Shown one piece after another: positions 53,391 to 64,000 of a DNA stretch of 64,000 bases; position 1 is the stretch's first letter; each line of letters opens with the position of its first letter. The translations under genes were made by a program, and so were the position numbers. This stretch comes from Eledone cirrhosa (lineage: Eukaryota). The notes under the pieces are model-generated. The model saw only the letters and a list, made by a program, of their open reading frames with translations. It was not told the DNA's origin and searched no databases. Where the stretch lies: the NCBI GenBank assembly GCA_964016885.1, contig OZ024759.1, forward strand, positions 25,234,001 through 25,298,000. Reading direction: 5' to 3'.

Positions 53391-55089
53391 GACAGGAAGT
53401 GTTGGAGTTATCTTCGGAGTGGACATTATAGATTAGTGATTTGGTCATCATTAGGAAAAACAGCGTAAATTAGTGAGTCTGTTAGACTTTGAAAGGGAAA
53501 CATCACAAATTAAAAGGTAGAAAGATAACAAGGACAGTCTGAAGGAAGCTTGGAGCTTGTGATTGCTTAATTATAGTTAATTGAATTAAATAAACGAGAT
53601 ATGTTGTGAATTGCTGATTAAGGTTCAATGGAAAGTCTGTAAGAAGAGGATTTTGTGCAGATGAATGGTTATACATAGTTTATAGAATGAGGAAACCATT
53701 TCACTCTATGATTGAAGTTAGTGCAGTCGGCTGAAAGGCAAAGCTTTTATATTATTAGGAATCAGAGATAACAGGGTGGGCTTTACTGAAGTCTTTTTAT
53801 TGTTGTTTGTTTGTTGTTTTTACCCCTTAAAACTTTTGATGAAAAATTAATGATGGTGAAATATCAGTTTTTGTGTTTAGCTTTTACAAATATTCTCATA
53901 TCTCGCAAATTGTTAATAGCAAGAGGACACACACACATATACACACAAACTTATAGCAAGTGGGGATACACACATATGTATATATGTATACACATATACA
54001 CATCTATGTATATGTACATACACACACACAAACTTATTGAAATGTGGGGATACACACATATGTATATACACACACACACAAACTTATAGCAAGTATGGAC
54101 ACACACATATATGTATATACATTTACACACAGACACAAACTTATAGAAAATGGTCATACACACATATATGTATATACACACACACAAACTTATAAAAAGT
54201 ACATACACACACACCTATATACACATACATACATTCATAAACTTATGAATATACATATACATACATATACACAGACAAACATATAGCAAGTAGACACACT
54301 CATGTATACATACATACACTTACAAACTTATCCAATGAATGTTCTACCTTGTCTTTCTATTCATGTTTCTGCCTCCCCCTCTCTCTTTATCTAAACACAC
54401 ACACACATACATATATATATATAAATATTTACACATACACCAATTAAACAAAGTCACAGGTATATATGTGTTTTTGCAACTTTTCACGATGTGGCTCAAT
54501 GGAGAATTAATAAATTAATCAGAGCGAAATACTATAGAGTAAAACATGCTTTACTCTATAGTATATATATAGATAACTTTCTTTTTATTTGCCACCAGGG
54601 CATCAAAAGTGGGACAAGTACAAAGGGGGGAGTTTACATGCAAAGGCGTCCTCAATATGGAGGAGGCAATAACAAGATATAAAAGTATAAAAATAAAATA
54701 AAATATAACAAAATCCTCATAGATAGATAGATAGATAGATAGATAGGTCTTAGCACCACCGTGTCACCATCATGACCACTTTACTCTGTGGGATGGGGGC
54801 TTCACTAGATGCATTTACTTTGGCCTGACCTCATGGGGGTGTATGAGGGGGTGGGTTGGGGCATACTGTATATATGCTTCAGCTTGTGCTCGTGGGAAGT
54901 CAGATCTTCTGTATTACTGAGTATCGCCAGAGATCTCGGTCCTGTGTCATCACCTTTGAGAGGTGCAATTGGGCAAGGTCGGCTTTTATATATACACACA
55001 ACCTTATAAGATTGGTATCTGTTCCACTTCAGTGCAATCTGATTTCAAATCCCACTCAAGACAACTTTACTTTTAACTGAGGCCAGGAC

Positions 55090-55398
55090 CCTAAAGTTCC
55101 AGTGGAAGTCAGTGATTTAGTTTTAACCATTTCAAGGTCACCAAAGTTCCATTGAAAGTCAAGAGTTTCGTTTTAACCATTTCAAGGTCACCAAACTTCC
55201 ACTAAAGGTCAATGATTTGGGATTTACCATTTCCAGGTCAGCAAGTTCCAGTGAAGGTCAATGGTTCGGCAAAGTACCACTGAAGGTCAATGGTTTGGTT
55301 TTTACCATTTCCAGGTCACCAAAGTTCCAGTGAAGGTCAGTGGTTCGGCTTCAACCATTTCAAGGTCACCAAAGTTCCACTGAAGGTCAGTGGTTTGA
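55090..55398. repeat. Degenerate tandem repeat (CCATTTCAAGGTCACCAAAGTTCCACTGAAGGTCA core)
   Basis: About 6 imperfect units. Confidence 0.85.
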
Positions 55399-56274
55399 CA
55401 GAATTGGTAAAACCTTACCTTAGTCGTTCTCCTCTCTCTCTTTCTGTAGTCATATACAACCTTCTATCATGATAACATAGGGGATATGATAAGACTGGGG
55501 CTCCTATCATTAAATGATATAGTTTGATATGTTGTAGTGTGGTGTAGTTTAGTCTAGTGTAGTATAGTGTGGTGTGTGGCAAAATGTGGTGTGGTGTGTG
55601 TTCTAGTATAGTGTGGTGTATGATATATTGTGGTGTATGTTAGTGTAGTGTGAGGTGGTATAGTATAGTATGTTGTGTAGTGCATGGTATGATATGGTAT
55701 AGAAGGGTGTGTGGTGGTATATTGTAGTATATAGTGTAGTGTGGTGTGTGATGGTATAGAGTATAGAACAGTGTTTAGTATAATGTATAGTATACTGTAT
55801 TGTACAATATAGTGTAAGGTGGTGTATCATAGTATAGTATATATAATATTGTGGTATATAGTATAGTGTAGTGTGGTGTGTGTTATAGTGTGATGTATAG
55901 TATAGTGTAGTGTATGGCATAGCTACACTACTACAATATAATGTTGCTGTCATATCACCACCACAATCACGACCACCACTCTACTGTAGTGCTGTATTGT
56001 GTAATACAAGTGTTAAAAAATAGGCACAACCCTCCCCCCCCCCCTCTCTGTTTCTCTCTCTCTCTGTAATTGTTAAAACTATTAACAACTTAGCAACAAT
56101 TTCATTATTATTCAAACATGATACTTAAATCAATAAACGGTTTTATGCTAAGCACAGAAATACCAATAAAATCATCGATATTGATTAAGGGCCGAATTCT
56201 GCTGCCAATGTTATCATATGTGGTCATTTTCACTACCTTTTCAAGCCTATATATTGGAGTATTTTACTTGCACA

Positions 56275-56340
<66 letters not shown>

Positions 56341-56342
<2 letters not shown>

Positions 56343-56540
56343 CGAAGGAACGAAGGAAATGTGGTAAGGAACCAGGTGGACCATAACGCACCAAAGTACT
56401 CAATACTTAGGGTAGTAGAGTGGGTAATAGGAACGAGTAGGACCCCGACGGCTGAGCTCAAGCCGTTTCTACGGCTAATTCTAATGAACTCACGTCGAAA
56501 CGGCTTGAGCTCAGCCGTCGGGGTCCTACTCGTTCCTATA
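56341..56540 (-). mobile_element. Family H4 element: tail plus perfect 43-bp inverted arms containing hammerhead stem III and GUC
   Basis: Arms 56427-56469 and 56497-56539; CTAATGA...GAAAC-GGC-TTGAGCTCA-GCC-GTC. Confidence 0.72.
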
Positions 56541-56650
56541 TATATACCTGTCTATATCTATCTATAAAACGGACGTAAAAACGACGATGGTGATTATCTA
56601 TCTATATATATATAACTATATCTAACTAAATATATAACGATTGCTACCAG

Positions 56651-56964
56651 CGGGGTTAGATTTATAACTTGGGGGACCGGGCCACTTCAGGATAGGGGGG
56701 GGGGGGGGGGGCTCATACACAAAAGATTAGAATACACAGCAAACTTCCCAATTTTACTTATCAAATTTAGCTTAGCGCAAGTAATTGGAATTAAAAAGTT
56801 ATACATACAGCTAGCTATTGAATTCAATAATTCTAATCATCATAAAACTAAAAAGCCCAGGTGAGGGCACAAATAATAAATTGCTACGGCCGTCGCTGGT
56901 GTGGTCCCCCACTGCAGGAAGCCCAGGGCAATTGCCCTCTTTGCTCCCATTAAATCCGGCCCTG
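56651..56964. mobile_element. hAT-like MITE
   Basis: Right TIR TAAATCCGGCCCTG, decayed left TIR CGGGGTTAGATTTA, and 8-bp TSD GCTACCAG / GCTACCAA. Confidence 0.65.
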
Positions 56965-57264
56965 GCTACCAATGTTATTAGAACACCACACACAATACAT
57001 ATCCTCTCCAATTGTAATACCTCAATAGTTGTCTGTAAACGTAAATATGGATGTAAGATTAAGATATACATCAGTAAGATTAAGATATTCTTCAATTTTA
57101 TACATCCGTATAGATCTAGTAAGCCACGATAGACTAGAAGAGGTTCTAGTAACCCTTATAGATAAGAAATAAAAACCAGATAAGCAAAAAAAACATCATA
57201 AATAAGATTACAAAAAGGATGAAAAAGAAAGATATCTACAAAGCAGCTGAATATTTTGGTTGTT

Positions 57265-57600
57265 GAATCTTTTCGTGGTCTCCGTGTACTGAAATATCTT
57301 GTTTATAGTTGGTAGATCTTTTGACAATCTTGGTAGTTTTTTTAACGATCAGCTTCAAGATGTACCCCCCCCCTCTCTCTCTCTCTCAGACTGGTAATGT
57401 TTCTGCTCTTGAATCTTTTCGTAGCCTCCATGTATGGTAAGATCTTGTTTACAGTTGGTAGATCTTTGACAATCTTAGTAGTTTTTTAACGATCAGCTTC
57501 AATATGTTCTCTCTCTCTCTCAGACTGGTAATGTTTCTGCTCTTGAATCTTTTCGTAGCCTCTATGTATGGTAAGATCTTGTTTATAGTTGGTAGATATT
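57265..57600. repeat. ~140-bp tandem duplication (2.5 units)
   Basis: GAATCTTTTCGT..ATCTTGTTTA.AGTTGGTAGAT at about 57265, 57411 and 57546. Confidence 0.85.
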
Positions 57601-57687
57601 CGATAATATATAGTATAAAGGTATTACATACGATAGGAAGTCGTACAATGCATTGTACGGCTTCCTAAATACACCCGATTTTCGCTT

Positions 57688-57735
<48 letters not shown>

Positions 57736-57932
57736 TGTAGAGAGAGAGAGAGAGAGAGATAGAGAGAGAGAGAAAGAAAGAGAGAGAGAGAGAAGGAGAA
57801 CCATCTATCTACACACCCATTTATGTATCTGTCTATCGATATCTGATACGAGGTCAAAAAATAGGGAAAAATTGTCAGATCGATAAATAAATATCTATAC
57901 ATTATTAACTGTCTCTTATCTTTTAATCTTAC

Positions 57933-57947
57933 CTCTGCCATCATCAT
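57933..57947 (-). CDS. Candidate coding end of the first exon of an unidentified host gene (MMMAE)
   Basis: Minus strand reads GAAAAAATG ATG ATG GCA GAG|GTAAGA: A-rich start context and a consensus donor, in locally GC/CpG-rich unique sequence. Confidence 0.5.
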
Positions 57948-57949
57948 TT

Positions 57950-58320
57950 TTTCGCCCGTCCTCGCCACTCCACCTGTCGCCTTCACTGTTAAAGAAGAAG
58001 AAGAAACCTTGCAAAATGGCCGCCAAAAATAACAACGTGCCAAATTGCGTGTTCTCAGCCAAAGAATATAAAACCACAAAACTCTTAATACACTGCTGTC
58101 TGCTTCGTGTAGAAAGTTGAAAGAAAAAATATACAGTAAGGTAATAATCTGGTCACAATTCATTAGGAAACTCTTCAAATTGTTGCCAAATTAAAGTCCT
58201 TATATTATTATTATTTGTTTGTTTATCGATTGACATTATTTTTTTTACACTGGCAGTATCATTTGACTAATTAGCACCACGTGATAGTGTTTGACGTGAC
58301 TTCACGTGAGTTCATTAGAA
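57950..58320. promoter_or_regulatory. Candidate promoter / 5' UTR region
   Basis: YY1-like CAAAATGGCCGCC (58012-58024), E-boxes CACGTG (58278, 58303) and CRE-like TGACGTGA (58292) are clustered in unique DNA. Confidence 0.5.
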
Positions 58321-58439
58321 TGCAGCGTTATGATGCAGTTAGAACAATTATGGTGAAAGTTGATTTAACTATACTACACGACAGAAAGATTTATTTTTAA
58401 AAAATGGTTTTGGCGTAATCATACATGCGCTCATATATA

Positions 58440-58660
58440 CATATATATAATCGTAAGACAGCGTGTATTAGTGTGTGTGCATACACACACAAAGCTACAT
58501 CATACATACATACATATATATAATCGTAAGACAGCGTACATTAGTGTGTGTGCATACACACACAGAGCTACATCATACATACATATATATAATCGTAAGA
58601 CAGCGTACATTAGTGTGTGTGCATACACACACAGAGCTACATCATACATATATATATATA
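58440..58660. repeat. ~70-bp tandem triplication
   Basis: TAATCGTAAGACAGCGTACATTAGTGTGTGTGCATACAC occurs three times. Confidence 0.9.
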
Positions 58661-58857
58661 TATAATATATATATATATATATCAAAAAGTTATTTGTCTC
58701 TAATATTAGACATATCAACAAAAAGATAAAATATAAAGATAAAATATCAACTCGGACCCCCTTCCCTAGAGATTTTGGCTTTAGTTTTATATGTGTGTGT
58801 GTGTGTGTGTGTAAAAGGTAAACAAAAATAACAACACAATCTGTACAGTATAGGAAG

Positions 58858-58945
58858 GGCTTCTACAGGACTAGAACTGTTTCATTCGATGATTTCTTTT
58901 GAATGAAACCGTTCTAATCCTGTATAAGCCAGTTCTATATTAAAC
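58858..58945 (+). mobile_element. Family H1 short palindrome
   Basis: Arms 58858-58887 and 58901-58930. Confidence 0.65.
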
Positions 58946-59360
58946 ATGGTGTTTTTATTAGAAAGAGTTGGGGCCCGACGGCTGGGCTCTTGCCATTTCA
59001 ACAGCTAGATTATATATATATATATATCACTCACAGATACAGCGATTTGAGTGTATATGTGTGATGGGGAGCTATTACTTTCCCCTTAAAAAGGGAATTT
59101 GAACTCAGAAGGGTTTAAAGAGACGGAAGAGATACCGCTAGGTATCTAGTTTGATGCCTTAACAATTTCGCCAATGATATCTCAGCGGGAATTGAACTCA
59201 GAAACTCAGAAAGCTAGAACAAATACCGCAAAATACTCAATGGACCCGACGCTCTAACAAACATTACTAATTCTCGGCGTCACAGACACACATATATGTG
59301 CGTGTATGTAATGGATTTTGTGTGTGTATGTATGTGTGTATATATATATATAGAGAGAGA

Positions 59361-59470
59361 GAAGTTTCTACAGGACTAGAACTGTTTCATTCGTGAGAAA
59401 TCATCAGGAAGCTTCCTGCTATGTATTGCGTACCTTACTGTGGTTACCCCCGATTGAACCCGGAATAACA
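59361..59470. ncRNA. Family H1 complete hammerhead-like motif (minus strand, 59361-59415) plus tail
   Basis: GAAGCTTC-CTGATGA-TTTCTCACGAAT-GAAA-CAG-TTCTAGTC-CTG-TA-GAAACTTC. Confidence 0.72.
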
Positions 59471-60355
59471 TATATATATATATATATATGTAACATCAGC
59501 ATATTTATTAATGTTATTATATATATATATATATTAGATATATAGATATACACACACACATATATATATATAACATCAGCATCTTTAATAATGTTATATA
59601 TATATATATATGTATATATACATACATACATACATACATACATACATACATACATACTCACACACACACTTGTATGCATGTGTGTGATGTTTGTGTTTGC
59701 GTGCTTTCTTAGATAAGATTTATAAATATTTATAAGCATTAATAATTCGTAGTACGAATTTCAACATTTGAGGTTTTTTGGCGCGTGAAGAGAACGATGT
59801 TTGTATAGTTCCCTTAGACGCCTTATTTGAATGTACTTATAAGATCAACCGATTTGATTTGACTCATTGAAATATCGTAATATTATGGAAAGGTAAATTT
59901 TGTCTTGATTTTCGTCTATTGATTTCTTAGATATTGTTGAAACACTATCCACAATTGATTTTCAATCTTTTTTATATTCCTCAACATATTTATTTATCTG
60001 TTAATGTTTCTTACTTAAATATAAGTGCTTAAAATATGTCAATATGAAGTTATGTCAATGTCAATGTCTATATCTTTCAAAAAAGATTTCTTGTTCACTT
60101 TGAGTTAATAATTAATGCAATAGAGTGCACAAACACTTAAGAAATTAGAATATACTTTGGGAAAATTTCTAAAGAAAAAAGAAAAAAAAAGAAAAAGAAA
60201 GAATACTAAGACAGAAATTCACAGAAATTGTTTGGAAATGCTTTTTGAAAGCATTATATTTCCTCCCGGAATTATGACATTATCATAATCTACATTTTAT
60301 GCCGAATACGACTTCGCTTTCGATACAACGGGATCAATCCCAGGTGCGGCATATA

Positions 60356-60542
60356 CCGGGATGCTGAAAAGTTCCTGGATTAAGGATATCGCGAAAGTGT
60401 AGAACTGTTACCTTTTAAGGGAAGGTAGGACTGCTGCAATAAGTGTGTGGATCTGAGAGGGGAATATGTTAAATAAAATCATAATTAAGTGATTCTCCTG
60501 TATTTTCTTTTACCCAAAACCAGGAACTTTTCAGCACCACGG
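60356..60542 (+). mobile_element. Mariner-derived MITE
   Basis: TIRs CCGGGATGCTGAAAAGTTCCTGG / CCAGGAACTTTTCAGCACCACGG with TA TSD; internal CNKCVDLRGEYVK* resembles a transposase C-terminus. Confidence 0.85.
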
Positions 60543-60864
60543 TATATATGATATTAACGACTCACTATTCTTCATTCTATTTTCCCTGTGTGTGTTGATC
60601 TGATGATAAAACTTTATTTAGTACACTTCTGAAAGACGAGATTTCTCTCAAATCGTTTCGAATTGTCTTGTAATCGAACCCGCCCGTAGTTCGGATTGCG
60701 GAGTGCGTGGGAAAATAACCTGTTTCCACGTTAACTCATTACACACAATACATTGGATAGTCATCAATTCATCAATTTTAACTTTTATGATTTTCCATGT
60801 TGACTATGTATTCAGTATTCGTGCCAACTCTTACGTATGGTCATGAATGACCGAAATAATACGA

Positions 60865-61352
60865 TCGCGAAAACAAGCGGCCGAAATGGGGTTCCACCAA
60901 AGGATCTTTGTAGTAACGTTAGAGTGCGTAGCTTGGAGATCAGAGAATTGCTCCAGGTAGAACAACTACTTCTCCGAATTAAAAAATCACAACTCCGTTA
61001 CTACGAACATGTGGTTTAAAATGTCTCAGGAAAGAATAGCAGGAGTCGCTCCAAGCAGAGCCGCTTCTCCGAATAAAGAGATCACAGCTCCAATACTATG
61101 GGCATGTGATTAGAATGTTTCAGGAAAGTATCACTGGACAGATTTTACGGACAAAACCAGCCACCAGGTGACCCAAGGGCAGAACCCGAGCAAGATGGTT
61201 GAATAACATCCATGAGCTCCGTCTTGATTGGGGATCCAGCCGGATCAGTTGGAGACGGTTGCTTCTGACAGGAAGGAGTGCTTCTGGCTGGAAGGAGTGT
61301 TTGAGGACTCTTCCTTTACGAGCCTCTCGGGAATAAGTGGGTGAAGAAGAAG
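60865..61352 (+). mobile_element. Rex3-like RTE 3' fragment with internal duplication
   Basis: EIRELLQVEQLLLRIKKSQLRYYEHV motif (partly duplicated), then a segment homologous to 17320-17562. Confidence 0.8.
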
Positions 61353-63145
61353 GGGACTATATATATGTGTGTAGTTAGAGGTTTATCTCAAGCCTAGAGA
61401 CTTATCACGATGGAGTTTATCCTGGTTTCATATGGCGTTAAGTGACAGAGTACAAGACTTCCTCCTGGACAGGACACCAAATTCTTCGCAGTGTTAACTC
61501 CCAGTTGTAACTAGTATTATTTTATCAGTTGAATAAATTGGTGGATTAACGTGAAATAATGTGCCTTATTGAAGGACACAACGCGCCACTCGACCCGAGA
61601 ATAGAACTCACGACCTTACGACCATGAGCCCTAAACACGCTTTCAAGTGCCATCATTATGTAAATTTAATTATTAAAAGTGCTGTAACTCCCGAGGGAGT
61701 TATAAGGGCACCGTAGTGATAAACGGCGTTTCTTGGGCATTTTCAAGACTGGAGGAGCTCATCTCGTCTCCAGCAGATTTCTTCCAGAGAAGGTGAGAGA
61801 GAAAGAGGAGGAAGAATCAACCCCAATACTAAACTGGTTCTTTTTCATAGACCTCGAAAGGATGAAAGGCAAAGTTGATCTCGGCAGTATTTTGAACTCA
61901 GAGAACAAAGAGCCCGAACGAATACCACAAAGCATTCTAACGACTCAGCCTCACTATGTAGATAGAAAGGTGTAAATAATTGTATGTAGTTATGCATGTA
62001 TGTAGTTGTTGTTAGACCTTCATCGTTTTCGACGATGAGTGCTCCAACTGGACCAAGCAACGGAATAGCGTGCAAGTGGCTGAGCATTCGGATAAGTGCA
62101 CCTTAAATGTAGTTCTCAGGGAGATTCAGTGTGACACAGTGTGTGACAATGTCTGTCCTTCGAATTAATTACAGGTACAATTCATTTTTGCGAGCTAAAT
62201 GGACTGGAGTAACAGAAAATAAAGTGTCTTGCTTAATAATGGTTTCTGAGTTAGGCACAAGACCTAGAGGGAAGAGAGGAAAGTCGATGAAATCGACCCC
62301 AGTGCGTAACTGGTTCTTTATTTTATAGACCCCGTAATGACGAGGGGCAAATCTAACCTCGATGGGATTTGAACTCACAACACCCCACTGGGAATCGAAC
62401 TCATAAGCTGAACACCCCTAACTCTGAGGCCACGGGCATTCACATATATGTATGTACACACACACACACACACACGAGTTTATTGTGTAAAACGACGATA
62501 TTTTCTGCTATTTCTTCATCTATCAAAATATATCGATCAGTTTTTGACGCTAAAGGATGTATTATTAGGTTGACATTGTACGTTCATTCAAAATAACATT
62601 TAAAAAATTCAAATAATTGGATATGCAAGAGAAATCCATTTTGAACTCTCTTAAAATTTCTAATTTTTTCAATTATTATTTTTATTTTTCAATGTCTATC
62701 TATAAATTATAAAAGAGAACGCTGTGCATCTCTGGAAATTCCTTACGAAGCAATTCCGGCCTTGTTATTTTATTGGTTTAACAATTAGCCTTTAGTTAAA
62801 TAATTCTTTTCAAATATATTCATGAATAGATTTAGTTCAGTGGAAATAATATGTTCATAATTAGCAAATTAAACCCCATTATTGTAATCAATAGATTGCC
62901 TCAATGTTTGAATATAACCAATATTTAAGGTATTTATATTTTCACCAACGTGAAAAGGAACGGAAAATAGCATTTAAAAGGCTGGGTAAATTGTAATTAG
63001 GAATATAATTTAGATGTGAAAAATAGATTTACGGTTATAAATATTTGAAATCGAGGAAGATTACAACCACAAATACTTAAAGACACAAATGGGTGGTTTT
63101 AAATCCTATTACTATTATTTTTATTATTATTATGAAGTCGGCGAG

Positions 63146-63490
63146 GGCGGTGGTTTGACAGAATCGGTAGAGCGTTGGACAAAATGCTTTGCGGCATAGA
63201 CCCTTATGTTCTGGTTTCAAATCCCACCAAGGTTAACTTTGCCTTTTATCCTTTCGGGGGTCGACAAAATAAAGCAGCAGTAATGTACTAGGGTCAATCT
63301 AATTGACTTTCTCCTTCCCCAAAATTGTTGACCTTGTCCCTAAATCACGAACCATTATTGTTAATATGAAGGCGGTGGATTGGTAGAATCAGTAGAGCGA
63401 CGGACGAATGCTTAGCAATATTTGTTTCGGCTATTTGTGTTTTGAGTTCAAATCCCGTCAACTTTGCCTTTTATCCTTCTAAGATCGATA
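63146..63490 (+). mobile_element. Two family A SINEs in tandem
   Basis: A and B boxes and central domain in both copies. Confidence 0.85.
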
Positions 63491-64000
63491 CCTATGCTTA
63501 GCGACTTGTCCAGGAGAAAATTGCCCACATCCTCTTAAGACTACTTAAACGTGAGTTGAACACCAAGCATGGTACTCCTTGTGAGACCTGAAACGGTTAC
63601 GTATCTATATTATTATATCTAAAGTAGAGCGTAGGATCGTACGTCGGACGGTCTGGCTCACCTGGAGGTCAGAGGCTCCGATTAAGTACTGACTGGTCTT
63701 TGACAACATGTCCAAAAACTTGCTAGCAGGGAAAACGGGCGTTAAACAATGGTGGTGATGATGATTACAAAGCTACATGATGATTACCTTAGCTCTAACC
63801 ACATTTATTCCACCAAACCCTATATGTAAATAAAAAATGCTGATGTAGGAAGAGGCATAACAAGGGTGTGGAAAGCATGGCAAGTGCCATGGGTGCTACT
63901 TGAAGGCTTTGTGCCACTTGGACTAGGAACACTTTCTATTCAAGTCAGATAAGCTATCATCAGAAAGTGAAATGAAAAAAGAAACTTCTTCAGATGTATG

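Overview
Eukaryotic, very AT- and microsatellite-rich, repeat-dominated DNA. The SINE, RTE and simple-repeat complement suggests a mollusc, most likely an octopod cephalopod; this is an inference from repeat type, not a database match. No intact host CDS is recognisable, and almost every ORF in the track is a translation artefact of (TA)n, (CA)n, (CAT)n or satellite DNA. The window holds many tRNA-derived SINEs of at least two families, 3' fragments of RTE, Rex3-like RTE, CR1 and RLE-type LINEs, decayed maT and mariner transposons, hAT-, piggyBac- and mariner-type MITEs, a non-autonomous Helitron, and several satellites built from transposon ends. A candidate promoter and first exon (minus strand, MMMAE|GTAAGA) at about 57.9-58.3 kb suggests that the left 58 kb is intronic. 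The most striking pattern is a dozen or more short non-coding elements in or beside (TA)n tracts that share one architecture: an inverted arm, a sense arm carrying a hammerhead-ribozyme-like core, and a short tail with a conserved TRTYGAGTRCY motif. They include near-perfect palindromes of 340-400 bp and are best read as non-autonomous or truncated Penelope-like retroelement termini from several distinct families.
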